Assembly: GCA_028697455.1 (NCBI GenBank)
Contig: JAQVEZ010000001.1
Span: 3,902 to 67,901 of the forward strand
Direction of reading: 5' to 3'
DNA length: 64,000 bases
Source: Minisyncoccota bacterium
Lineage (GTDB): Bacteria > Patescibacteriota > Minisyncoccia > Phycocordibacterales > UBA1006
Within the stretch, counting starts at the first letter, position 1. Each line of letters opens with the position of its first letter. Shown in pieces: positions 26,448-35,662 of this stretch. The translations under genes were made by a program, and so were the position numbers. The notes below the pieces were generated by a model. It was given only the letters and a program-made list of their open reading frames with translations. It made no database searches and was not told where the DNA came from.

Positions 26448-27764
26448 ATGAATAAATATATTTTTACATCACTACTATCGTTATTTGTGATAGTAGGTTT
26501 TATAAGTTTTATTAATCCACACACAGCTTCTGCCCAACCTCTTGAATGGGAAGAGTTTGATCTCAGCCCCAATGAATATAATTCTATTGCCTATGGAAAT
26601 GGTGTGTATGTTGCTGTAGGAAGCGGAACCCCCATGTATTCCTCTGATGGGAAGAATTGGAATATGTCAATTCTTCCAAACGCAGCATCACTATCCTCAG
26701 TTGTTTATGGAGATGGGAAGTTTGTTGCGGTGGGGAGAACAGGTTCCCCACTTATGCAAAATATGAATCGGATTATTTACCTTTCTTCTGACGGGCTTTC
26801 CTGGGATATTGCTTCATCAATCCCCGATAAGTTAAATGCACAAAGCAATCTTCTCAGTATTTTTTATATGTATGATAATCTCAACGCTAAAGATTTATTT
26901 GTAGCCTTCGGGCAGGACTACTCTACAGGTGCTGGATCTACTAGCTTACCTTATATTGTTTATTCTTCTGATGGGGACGCCTGGCTCAGATCTACTCTGC
27001 CAATAGGTTCTGACGGAAGCCCGTCCGATGCAGTTGTAGGATATAACGAAAATGGAGAGCTTGTTCTTTTATCCTTTGTATATGGATATGGTATTGGTGC
27101 TCCTTCTTATTATATTATGTCTATTGACGGTGGAGCAACTTGGGTTTACCCGGACTCCCTTACAGGGCTTGATGATTTTCAGGGGCTAAGCATGAGTTAT
27201 CTCAACGGAAAATTTTTCTACGTGGGACATTCTTATGACGATGAAGAAGGTAAGGATCTGTTCTCTGTGAGATCCTCTATGAATGGACTTGATTGGGATA
27301 AAGGATCAATAGAGTTTCCTGAAGAATTCTTATCGGGTAGTAGGGAGACATCTGCTTATGGAGATAACACGTATCTTTTTTTCCTTTCCCCATCACTTGG
27401 TTACACACCCCCTCTCTATTCCCCCAACGGAGAAACCTGGGAATTCTTTACCCCAAGTTTTGATAAGAGTAGTTATGTATCTCCTATCCAATTAATTTAT
27501 GCAGAAGATTCATTTATGCTCCTTGGTCGAAATGAATCAGGAGGATATGTTATTGCTTTTCCCAAATCCTTGAATGATTCATCAGAAATACCTTCTTCAA
27601 AATCCTCAAGTATTTTCGGAACTCGATTCTGTACAGCAGGAGTTACTACCTTCTGTAGACCTCAGAATGGATTTACCAACAATAATCCATTAGTAAATAT
27701 TTACACTGAACTCTTGGGGCTTTATCAGCAACTTTTGAATACGATTCAAAATGAAAACAGCTAA
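26448..27764 (+). CDS. Secreted BNR/Asp-box repeat (beta-propeller-like) protein with a conserved C-terminal domain
   Basis: Signal peptide. Asp-box motifs SSDGKNW, SSDGLSW, SSDGDAW, SIDGGATW. Repeated YG.G.FVAVG blades. The C-terminal ~50 aa (SSIFGTRFCTAGVTTFCRPQNGFTNNNPLVNIYTELLGLYQQLL) is shared with 4728-5279. Confidence 0.65.
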   Translation: MNKYIFTSLLSLFVIVGFISFINPHTASAQPLEWEEFDLSPNEYNSIAYGNGVYVAVGSGTPMYSSDGKNWNMSILPNAASLSSVVYGDGKFVAVGRTGSPLMQNMNRIIYLSSDGLSWDIASSIPDKLNAQSNLLSIFYMYDNLNAKDLFVAFGQDYSTGAGSTSLPYIVYSSDGDAWLRSTLPIGSDGSPSDAVVGYNENGELVLLSFVYGYGIGAPSYYIMSIDGGATWVYPDSLTGLDDFQGLSMSYLNGKFFYVGHSYDDEEGKDLFSVRSSMNGLDWDKGSIEFPEEFLSGSRETSAYGDNTYLFFLSPSLGYTPPLYSPNGETWEFFTPSFDKSSYVSPIQLIYAEDSFMLLGRNESGGYVIAFPKSLNDSSEIPSSKSSSIFGTRFCTAGVTTFCRPQNGFTNNNPLVNIYTELLGLYQQLLNTIQNENS

Positions 27765-27782
27765 GTTTAGCTGTTTTTTGTT
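27752..27782 (+). terminator. Rho-independent terminator (acagct-aagttt-agctgt followed by a T-run)
   Basis: Conserved with the terminator after 4728-5279. Confidence 0.5.
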
Positions 27783-27801
27783 TTGTAAAAATATTTTGTC
27801 T

Positions 27802-28737
27802 TTATTTTGTTGAGAACTTTTTAACAAGATTGAAAATCAGCTCTTTGTCATCTATTGGATGGAACCAGTGGATTTTTTTATTTCTTTTGAACCAGGTCAT
27901 CTGTCTTTTTGCAAATTTTTTTGTTGCTTGGGATAGTTGTTCTTGCATTGCTTCTTTGCTTAACTCTCCTTTGAGATAAAGAGAGACGAAACGGTACTCT
28001 AAGCCAAGTTCATAAAGACGTTCATACGAAAGACCTGATTGATGAAGGCTTTGAACTTCTTTTATGAGAGACCCATTTTGTATTCGCTTATCGATACGGA
28101 GATCAATATTTTTGTAGAGTTCTTCTTGAGGAAGCTTGAGTCCAATAAAAAGAGTTTGATAGTTATTTTGTGGTTGCTTTCTTTCCGGGTAATCTCCAAG
28201 AGCCTCTAGGATTTCTATTGCTCGGACAAGGCGCACTTTATTTTTAGTATCGATTTTTTTTAAAACTTTTTCGTCTTGTTCTCGGAGATATTCAACGAGC
28301 TCTTCGGTGCTTTTATGTGAGAGTTCTTTTCTGAGAGCTTCGTTTGGAGGAACGGAAGGGAAGGACATTGATTCTACGAGAGCATCAATGTAGAGACCTG
28401 TTCCACCACAAATTATAGGAAATTTTTGTTGTTTTAAAATATTCTCGATTACCTTGTTTGCCTCGCTTATATATTCTTGCACACTGTATTTTTCTTTTGG
28501 GTCAGTAAGGTCAAGCATATGATGGGGAACACCGCGCATTTCTTCTTGTGTTATTTTTGCCGATCCAATATCAAGACCCCGATATACCTGACGAGAGTCA
28601 GCAGAGATGATTTCTCCGTTGTGTTTAAGGGCAAGCTCTACAGAGAGGGAGCTTTTTCCTGTTGCCGTTTGCCCAAGAATGACAATGAGTTTTGGCTTTT
28701 TTCTGAACAGAAGAAGGAATTTTTTAAAGATGTTCAT
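27802..28737 (-). CDS. miaA: tRNA dimethylallyltransferase
   Basis: P-loop ILGQTATGKSS plus ISADSRQVYRGLDIGSAKIT. Confidence 0.85.
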   Translation of the reverse strand: MNIFKKFLLLFRKKPKLIVILGQTATGKSSLSVELALKHNGEIISADSRQVYRGLDIGSAKITQEEMRGVPHHMLDLTDPKEKYSVQEYISEANKVIENILKQQKFPIICGGTGLYIDALVESMSFPSVPPNEALRKELSHKSTEELVEYLREQDEKVLKKIDTKNKVRLVRAIEILEALGDYPERKQPQNNYQTLFIGLKLPQEELYKNIDLRIDKRIQNGSLIKEVQSLHQSGLSYERLYELGLEYRFVSLYLKGELSKEAMQEQLSQATKKFAKRQMTWFKRNKKIHWFHPIDDKELIFNLVKKFSTK

Positions 28738-28967
28738 AATAGAAATACTATAAATTAATTATTTTAAATCCACAAACTTATCCACAGCTTGGTTTTGAGG
28801 CTATTTGCAAGACAAAGTGGGATACTATAGAATGAAAGTGGGATGAAGTGGTATAAAACAGCAGAACCCAACAATGTATTCATGTAGCAATAATCCATTT
28901 GTTTTGCTGTTTTATACCACTTCATCTAAAGAGAGATCTATTCGCGAGATCTGGTTAAATTTTTATT

Positions 28968-29402
28968 ATGTTTATAGGAGAACACATACACACTCTTGAT
29001 GGAAAAAAGCGTTTATCTTTACCTTCTAAATTTCGAAAGGAATTGGGAAAGACGGTTATTGTTACCAAAGGTTTAGATTCTTGTTTGTTTGTTTATTCTC
29101 AGAAGGAGTGGAAAAAGTTTGCTGAAAAACTTGCAGAGCTTTCTATGGGGCAGGGAGATACACGTGCATTTTCACGATATTTTCTCGGAGGAGCACTTGA
29201 GGTAGACATAGACTCAGCAGGAAGAATTCTTATACCAGATTTCTTGAAAGATATAGCACATTTAAAAACAAAAGTAATGGTGGTTGGTCTTGGAAGTAGA
29301 ATTGAGCTTTGGGACGAAGAACGTTGGACAAGTTACCAAAAAGAACTTGAGAAGAAGGCAGACGTTGTTGCAGAAAAACTTGGTGATATTGGAATGATTT
29401 AA
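28968..29402 (+). CDS. mraZ: Transcriptional regulator MraZ
   Basis: MFIGEHIHTLDGKKRLSLPSKFR, with two MraZ repeats. First gene of a division/cell-wall cluster. Confidence 0.85.
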   Translation: MFIGEHIHTLDGKKRLSLPSKFRKELGKTVIVTKGLDSCLFVYSQKEWKKFAEKLAELSMGQGDTRAFSRYFLGGALEVDIDSAGRILIPDFLKDIAHLKTKVMVVGLGSRIELWDEERWTSYQKELEKKADVVAEKLGDIGMI

Positions 29403-29412
29403 TTTTGAAACT

Positions 29413-30318
29413 ATGAGTTTTCAATCCAAGCACAAATCGGTCTTGAGTGAAGAAGTTCTTCATTATCTTGATATCAAAAAAGGTGATATTGTTCTCGACG
29501 GAACGATCAACGGAGGAGGGCATGCTTCGCTTATTGTTGAACACTTGGGTCCTCAGGGGATTTTTATCGGAATCGATCAGGATAGTAAGGCGCTTGCTTT
29601 CTCTAAAGAAAGATTAAAAGGAGCACTTCCAAAAATTCACTTGATCCACAAAAATACACGACACCTCGATAGTATCCTTGATGATCTAGAAATTCACTCA
29701 ATAGACAAAATTCTCCTTGACCTTGGCTGGTCTTCAAACCAATTTGAAGATGGAGAAAGGGGGTTTTCGTTTCTTGTTGAAGGACCTCTTAAAATGACAA
29801 TGTCAGATAACACTGAAGATGTTTTGTTTACTGCGCATGATGTTGTTAATTTTTGGGATGAATCGTCTTTGGTTGATATTTTGAAATTTTATGGAGAAGA
29901 ATCATTTGCTTCTCGAATTGCAAAAGCAATTCTTGAGAGACGGCAGGAAAGAGAAATAACAACGACAATAGAACTGGCTGAGCTTATTAAAGAAGCTATT
30001 CCTAAAAAATTCCACAAAAAAGGAATCCACCCCGCAACAAAATCTTTTCAAGCAATTCGTATTGCTGTTAATGATGAGATGGAGGCCTTGCGAGAGATAC
30101 TTTATAAGGCTTTTGAAAGAATGTCTTCAGGAGGGAGACTCGTTATTATTTCCTTCCACAGTATCGAGGATCGCATTATCAAAAATTTCTTTAAGGATCG
30201 TTCAAACGAAAAGAAAGCGATTCTCATAACCAAAAAACCCATTACTGCAAGTTCGGAAGAGCTCTTGGAAAACAAGAGATCCCGTAGTGCTAAATTACGA
30301 GTACTAGAAAAATTATAA
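29413..30318 (+). CDS. rsmH: 16S rRNA (cytosine1402-N4)-methyltransferase RsmH (MraW)
   Basis: HKSVLSEEVLHYLDIKKGDIVLDGTINGGGHA; canonical position after mraZ. Confidence 0.9.
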   Translation: MSFQSKHKSVLSEEVLHYLDIKKGDIVLDGTINGGGHASLIVEHLGPQGIFIGIDQDSKALAFSKERLKGALPKIHLIHKNTRHLDSILDDLEIHSIDKILLDLGWSSNQFEDGERGFSFLVEGPLKMTMSDNTEDVLFTAHDVVNFWDESSLVDILKFYGEESFASRIAKAILERRQEREITTTIELAELIKEAIPKKFHKKGIHPATKSFQAIRIAVNDEMEALREILYKAFERMSSGGRLVIISFHSIEDRIIKNFFKDRSNEKKAILITKKPITASSEELLENKRSRSAKLRVLEKL

Positions 30319-30323
30319 TTATT

Positions 30324-30608
30324 ATGTTTAAAAATTTGCAACTAAAAAAAATAAGAAACATCACTCTTGCAGGACTTGCAGGGGCTGCTCTTGTGTATTC
30401 TTTTCAAGTTACTGCGATTACTTTGAACGCTGCTGAGGCACGTGGTTTTGTTAAGAATATCTCTGAAATGGAAACTCAAATTTCACAATTAGAGTTGACT
30501 TATTTTGAACTTCTCAATGATCTCTCTTTAGATGAAGTACAGAACAATGGAAAAAATGTTGAATATGCAAAAATTAATGAAATAAAGACCGTTGCTTATA
30601 ATTTCTAG
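30324..30608 (+). CDS. FtsL-like small bitopic division protein
   Basis: 94 aa, one TM (ITLAGLAGAALVYSFQV), coiled-coil C-terminus. Sits between rsmH and ftsI, where ftsL usually lies. Confidence 0.4.
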   Translation: MFKNLQLKKIRNITLAGLAGAALVYSFQVTAITLNAAEARGFVKNISEMETQISQLELTYFELLNDLSLDEVQNNGKNVEYAKINEIKTVAYNF

Positions 30609-30611
30609 CGT

Positions 30612-32333
30612 ATGAAAAACGAGAATAAGAAATTTACGCTTCGACTTCATGTTTTGTTTGGATTTATGCTGCTTACAGCGGTTTTTCTTATTGCTAATTT
30701 ATTTCGCTTACAAATTCGAGACGGGTATCTCTATCGGGAACAAGCAGATGATCAATATATAGTTTCGAGTCGAACTTTTTTTGAACGAGGGTCGATTTTT
30801 TTTGTTCAAAAAGATGGGACAAGAATGACAGCAGCGGGGAATCATTCGGGGTATAAAGTTTCAATTAACCCCTCTACTTTTCCAACAGAACGAGCAGAAG
30901 AAATTTATAATAAGATTACAAGCATTATTCCAGTTGATAGGGATAAGTTTTTTAACGTACTGAATAATCAAAAAACACGTACCTATTATGAAATAGCAAC
31001 GAGAGTTGAAAAGGAGGACGGTGCCGAGCTCAAATCCCTTGTGGGCTCGGCTGTAGACCTTCATGCTGAAAAATGGAGAACCTATCCTCTTAATGGCTTA
31101 GCGGCCCACCTGCTTGGTTTTTTGGCCTTTAAAGACGATGATTATGCTGGAAGATATGGGCTTGAACGTTATTATGAGAATACCCTCAAAAGAGAAGACC
31201 CTCGTCTTTATGCAAACTTTTTTGCCCGACTCTTTCATGGGATTCAGTCTGGAATAAGCTCGGGAGTAGAACTTGAGGGGGATATTGTTACAACCATTGA
31301 CCCTCAGATTCAGATATTCTTTGAAAATGAACTAAAAAAGATTCAAGAGACATGGAGCTCTCAATCAGTAGGTGGAATTATTATGAATCCAAAAACAGGA
31401 GAGATTTATGCGATGGGCTCTTATCCTTCTTTTAATAATAATACTTTTGAAAAGAGTAGCCTCGAGGTGTTTCAGAATCCACTTGTCGAGAAGGTTTATG
31501 AAATGGGCTCAATTATGAAGCCAATTATTGTCTCTGTTGGGATCGATTCGGGGTCAATTAATCCACAGACTTTTTCTTATAATGATACAGGGTCTGTTCA
31601 AGTGGGGCCTTCAACAATTAAAAACTACGACGGGCGAGGGCGTGGAGTCGTTGATGTTCAAGAAATTCTTAACCAATCTCTTAACACTGGTATGGTTGCC
31701 ATTTCAAAAAAAATATCAAAACAGAATTTTAGAGATTATTTTGAAAAATTTGGACTCACAAGCAAGACAGGGATAGATCTTCCCAATGAGGTAACTCCTC
31801 TGAGTTCCAATCTCAAGAGTAATCGAGATATTGAGTTTGCCAATATGTCTTTTGGACAGGGAATAGCTTTGAGTCCAATGGCGATGGCTCGTTCGTTATC
31901 AGTTCTTGCAAATCAGGGGAAACTTCCTCAGCCACATCTTGTTAAAAAAATTGAGTACAGTAACGGGCTTTCAAAGACCTTTAATTATTCAGATCAACCA
32001 CAGGTTATTTCACCAGAAACTTCTGGAGAGATTTCCCGGCTCTTGGTAAATGTTTTTGATGCCTATACGAGCAATGATGATAGACTTGCAAAGTATAGAG
32101 TTGCAGGGAAAACGGGGACAGCACAGGTTGCAAATCCCGCTGGTGGGTACTATCAAGACCGCAACCTCCACTCATTTTTTGGGTATTTCCCAGCTTATGA
32201 TCCAGAATTTATTGTCTTTCTTTATACAGAGTATCCAAAGAATATTAAATACGCTTCTCAGACTTTGATTGACCCCTTCAAAAAAACAGTAGACTATCTT
32301 ATCAATTATTACGATATTCCTCCTGATCGCTAA
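30612..32333 (+). CDS. ftsI: Penicillin-binding protein (FtsI/PBP2-type transpeptidase)
   Basis: N-terminal TM, dimerisation domain, transpeptidase motifs GSIMKP (SxxK), SLN (SxN), KTGTAQ (KTG). Confidence 0.8.
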   Translation: MKNENKKFTLRLHVLFGFMLLTAVFLIANLFRLQIRDGYLYREQADDQYIVSSRTFFERGSIFFVQKDGTRMTAAGNHSGYKVSINPSTFPTERAEEIYNKITSIIPVDRDKFFNVLNNQKTRTYYEIATRVEKEDGAELKSLVGSAVDLHAEKWRTYPLNGLAAHLLGFLAFKDDDYAGRYGLERYYENTLKREDPRLYANFFARLFHGIQSGISSGVELEGDIVTTIDPQIQIFFENELKKIQETWSSQSVGGIIMNPKTGEIYAMGSYPSFNNNTFEKSSLEVFQNPLVEKVYEMGSIMKPIIVSVGIDSGSINPQTFSYNDTGSVQVGPSTIKNYDGRGRGVVDVQEILNQSLNTGMVAISKKISKQNFRDYFEKFGLTSKTGIDLPNEVTPLSSNLKSNRDIEFANMSFGQGIALSPMAMARSLSVLANQGKLPQPHLVKKIEYSNGLSKTFNYSDQPQVISPETSGEISRLLVNVFDAYTSNDDRLAKYRVAGKTGTAQVANPAGGYYQDRNLHSFFGYFPAYDPEFIVFLYTEYPKNIKYASQTLIDPFKKTVDYLINYYDIPPDR

Positions 32334-32334
32334 A

Positions 32335-32362
32335 ACAAGGTTAAGGCCTTGTTTTTGTTTGA
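32335..32362 (+). terminator. Rho-independent terminator after ftsI
   Basis: aacaagg-ttaa-ggccttgtttttgttt. Confidence 0.45.
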
Positions 32363-32417
32363 GTTTCTATTGAAATTTTTGCCCAAATGAGTATGATAAC
32401 TAATGTTGCTTAGACAT

Positions 32418-32489
32418 TGGCTCTATCGTCTAACGGTTAGGACGCCAGGTTCTCATCCTGGTAATCGGAGTTCGATTCTCCGTAGAGTC
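32418..32489 (+). tRNA. tRNA-Glu (anticodon CTC)
   Basis: GGCTCTATCGTCTAACGGTTAGGACGCCAGGTTCTCATCCTGGTAATCGGAGTTCGATTCTCCGTAGAGTCA. Shares the D-arm (GTCTAACGGTTAGGAC) with tRNA-Glu(TTC) at 49754-49825. Confidence 0.8.
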
Positions 32490-32609
32490 ACTATCACGAA
32501 TACTAGTTTGAGTACTCAAAAGCCCCCAGTTCTTCTTTGTGTTATATATTCAATATTGTGGTAAAATAAGTAGACATGGATTATTAATTAAACCACTTAC
32601 ATATTCAAT

Positions 32610-32996
32610 ATGAGTCTGAAAAGCAAACATCTTAAATTTACCCTCAAGAACATAATGAGAGTTGAACAAAATTCTTTTATTACAAAAATAACCTCTATTT
32701 TGTTCATAGGATCACTCGTTATCTTTGACAGAATGTATAGTATGGATAGCGAAGTTTTTATAGCAATCGCTCTTGTCATTTTCTTATGGGTAATTGATAG
32801 CTCTCTTTCCTATCGAAAAGAACTTTACCGAAAACACTACGATCACATAAAGACCCTCCCAGAAGATGGGGCAGATCTTCTTTTAGAGAACAATACTTCT
32901 TTACAGAAAAATGACCCCTTGAAGTTCTTTTTCTCAAAGAAAATATTTGCATTCTATGGAATACTTATCTTAATTTTCCTTTTATTTCTGGGTTAA
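32610..32996 (+). CDS. Hypothetical small membrane protein
   Basis: ORF with three predicted hydrophobic segments; no recognisable motif. Confidence 0.3.
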   Translation: MSLKSKHLKFTLKNIMRVEQNSFITKITSILFIGSLVIFDRMYSMDSEVFIAIALVIFLWVIDSSLSYRKELYRKHYDHIKTLPEDGADLLLENNTSLQKNDPLKFFFSKKIFAFYGILILIFLLFLG

Positions 32997-33204
32997 TAGT
33001 TAGTAAAATTTACAGACACTTTCCCTGTCACTTTTGTCATCTTGTTGTGCTCGAAAAGGGTTGATAGTAATACTCTTAAAGTATTTTTATGGATATTACC
33101 CCATAATGAAGTTATTAAGTTCGAGCTCGAGAAAAATATCCCTAGAGATTATTTATCTGTGATGGTTTCAATTCTAAGAACAAACAATAGAATGTTTCGT
33201 GTAA

Positions 33205-33242
33205 AACAAAAAGGTGTCTAAAAGACACCTTTTCTTTTTGTT
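33205..33242. terminator. Bidirectional hairpin terminator (aaaaggtgtc-taaa-agacacctttt)
   Basis: Perfect 10-bp inverted repeat flanked by A- and T-runs, just downstream of the minus-strand gene at 33253. Confidence 0.5.
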
Positions 33243-33252
33243 TAATTTTCTT

Positions 33253-33777
33253 TTACCGCCATAATCCTTGGACAATTTGTCCGTAACCATTTTGGTAACC
33301 GTTTGCAATGCTCCCGTACCCGTTGTAATAACCACGACTGATATCATGGTAAACTCTTCCAGAGCCATGATGGAATGATCGCCCAAAGTTTTTCATCCAC
33401 GGGGTGTAATAAGCCGGCGCTGACCAGGGCTGAGAGTAATAGTATGGATAAGATTGGTATCCACGCCATCGCCCTCTGTAACTAAGGTCATTCAGGATAT
33501 ATCCAGTAGCTGCTCCGACAAGAAACGATGTCGTCGATGACCACCCTTGATTCCGTGGTTGCTCCACATAATAATATTGCTGTGGAGGACTTTGAGAAGC
33601 TTGGGTCTGGTAATAATATTCTGTTGAAAGTGACAGCTTGTTCTCATCGTAATACACAGGAGAATCTTGAGCATAGGCTGTCGTTGTGGTAGTAGTTTGC
33701 TGGTAGTATGACATTTTTGACTCTGAATAACACGAAGATAAAATCATCATCAGCAAAATTACAAGTATTTTTTTCAT
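33253..33777 (-). CDS. Tyr/Gln/Gly-rich low-complexity lipoprotein
   Basis: Lipobox-like MKKILVILLMMILSSC; poly-Thr stretch; 30+ Tyr residues in YY/GY repeats (GYYNGYGSIANGYQNGYGQ). Start revised to the internal MKKIL. Confidence 0.5.
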   Translation of the reverse strand: MKKILVILLMMILSSCYSESKMSYYQQTTTTTTAYAQDSPVYYDENKLSLSTEYYYQTQASQSPPQQYYYVEQPRNQGWSSTTSFLVGAATGYILNDLSYRGRWRGYQSYPYYYSQPWSAPAYYTPWMKNFGRSFHHGSGRVYHDISRGYYNGYGSIANGYQNGYGQIVQGLWR

Positions 33778-34146
33778 TGTTAAAAGTATTTCTTGATAAC
33801 AGTCTACCGATTCATATATTTTTTGCAAATATAAAACCCTCCGGAGAGAGGGCTTTTCTTTGTTTGGGACCTACTTTGCTATCTTGAGATAGCTCTGCTC
33901 TTCGTTTTTAGAATTTTGTTTGTAGATTCTAAAAACAAGAAATTTCCTTGTTTCGAGGACTTTTGCCCCTGTTTTGAAACACCCCTTGCCAAGCTCTTCG
34001 AGGGTTGGAATTTTTTGTAAATTTTTCTTTACCCAACGAGTTTCTTTTTGGTCTTCTTTCTTTGCCCAAAAGAATAAAAAGCTTAGAGAACTTGATTTCA
34101 TAGTTTTTCTTTTCAATATAGAAACAAAAGAGAGGGAAGTCAAATT

Positions 34147-35235
34147 TTATTCAATTTCGCTCGGTTTTTTAACGGGGGCTGGTATCTTGAGATCTCCGGG
34201 TTCGCCAGTTATTTTGGTAATGTCTTTGTCTATTTTATTGAGCTCGAGGCTCGCTCTTTGAAAATGGTTCACGGTTGTTCCGAGAGAATTTCCCATTTTT
34301 TCAAATGACTCAGAATAAGCCGAAAGATGCCGACCGAGTTTCTGTACATTTTTTTGAATTTCAACTGCTGATTTTTCAATCTGAAAAGCTTTAAATCCAT
34401 AAAGAACTGATTGTAGATATGCAGCAAAAGTTGTTGGAGAAACAATAATAACTTTTTTATCATTGTAGGCGTAGTCGATAAGGTTCCGTGTGTTTGCCCT
34501 TATGGCACCAACCTCATTAATGAGAAGGTCATAATAAATACCTTCAGCAGGTATAAACATAAAGGCAAAGGGAAGGGTTCCTTCTTCGGGCCGGATATAT
34601 TGTGCTGTTTCATCGATTCTCTTTTTTAGATCATTTTTGAAAAACTTTTCGAGCTCGAGTCTTTTTTCTTCATCGGTCTCATCAACAACTCTTCGATAAT
34701 TATCAAGAGAGAATTTTGCATCAACAGGGATAAATTTATCTTGTTCTGTTCGTATAATAGCGTCTACGATTTTTCCATCAGAAAAACTATACTGCATTTG
34801 ATAATTAAGAGGGGAGAGAATATTGGAAAGAATAAGCTCAAGCCCCATTTCACCTAAATTTCCTCGGGTTTTTTGGTTCTTGAGAACCTTTTCAAGATCA
34901 GCAAGCTGCTCTGCAAGCTCGAAGACTTGTTTATTTGTTTCTTTGGTTTCAGAAATCTCTCTTGTTACATTAATAAGGTTTTTTGAAACCTGATCGTTGA
35001 TTTGTTGAATGAGTTTTTGCGATTCTGAAAACTGAGTTTGAACTGCTCGTGACATATCGCGTTGTGAACCAGTGAGCTTTTCATCAAGGCTATCTCTTAG
35101 GTGATTTATTTGCTGTAAAAGGATTTGGATTTCCCCTGAGTTTTCTTGTGGTTTTTGCCCTGATTTGATTTCTTTGATCAGCCACACAAGAGCAATAAGG
35201 AGCAAAACTCCTATTATTATAATAATTATTTCCAT
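34147..35235 (-). CDS. rmuC: DNA recombination protein RmuC
   Basis: N-terminal TM, long coiled coil, C-terminal IPVDAKFSLDNYRR...FMFIPAEGIYY matching the RmuC nuclease-like domain. Start likely the internal MEIII. Confidence 0.65.
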   Translation of the reverse strand: MEIIIIIIGVLLLIALVWLIKEIKSGQKPQENSGEIQILLQQINHLRDSLDEKLTGSQRDMSRAVQTQFSESQKLIQQINDQVSKNLINVTREISETKETNKQVFELAEQLADLEKVLKNQKTRGNLGEMGLELILSNILSPLNYQMQYSFSDGKIVDAIIRTEQDKFIPVDAKFSLDNYRRVVDETDEEKRLELEKFFKNDLKKRIDETAQYIRPEEGTLPFAFMFIPAEGIYYDLLINEVGAIRANTRNLIDYAYNDKKVIIVSPTTFAAYLQSVLYGFKAFQIEKSAVEIQKNVQKLGRHLSAYSESFEKMGNSLGTTVNHFQRASLELNKIDKDITKITGEPGDLKIPAPVKKPSEIE

Positions 35236-35286
35236 AGCATCAGTATAACAAGGAAAAGAGTAAAAGAAAAAGTAGACCACAAGAGC

Positions 35287-35610
35287 CTACTTTTTTTCGA
35301 ATCGTATTCCTTTTTTGAATCCAATCCCAAAAGCTCGGAGGAGAATTCCTCCAAAAAGGAAAAGGAGAAGAAGGGAATTTTCTTGAAATGTCTCTACGAC
35401 TTTCGAAGGGTTAATGAAGTATAAGACCAACATTAATCCATATACGATATCATACATCCATCCCATATGCCGAGCAATGAAATAGGTAGCCTCTATTTCC
35501 TTAACTATTGATGCCGTCCACAGCTCCTCATCAGATACATGGGGTTTTGTGAGGTAGAAAATCCCTGACAGAAAGAATCCGAAGATGATAATAATCAGAA
35601 ATGTCTCCAT
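35287..35610 (-). CDS. Hypothetical small 3-TM membrane protein
   Basis: 107 aa, hydrophobic throughout. Confidence 0.35.
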   Translation of the reverse strand: METFLIIIIFGFFLSGIFYLTKPHVSDEELWTASIVKEIEATYFIARHMGWMYDIVYGLMLVLYFINPSKVVETFQENSLLLLFLFGGILLRAFGIGFKKGIRFEKK

Positions 35611-35662
35611 AATTTCTTTGTTTTTTCTATTAAAACAAAAACCTTCCCTTTTGTCAATTTAG

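Noticed and set aside
33871-34143. 90-aa Lys-rich minus-strand ORF immediately downstream of rmuC
   Set aside because: No motif, low-complexity basic sequence, and it overlaps an equally plausible plus-strand ORF. Not reported as a gene, though a real small protein cannot be excluded.
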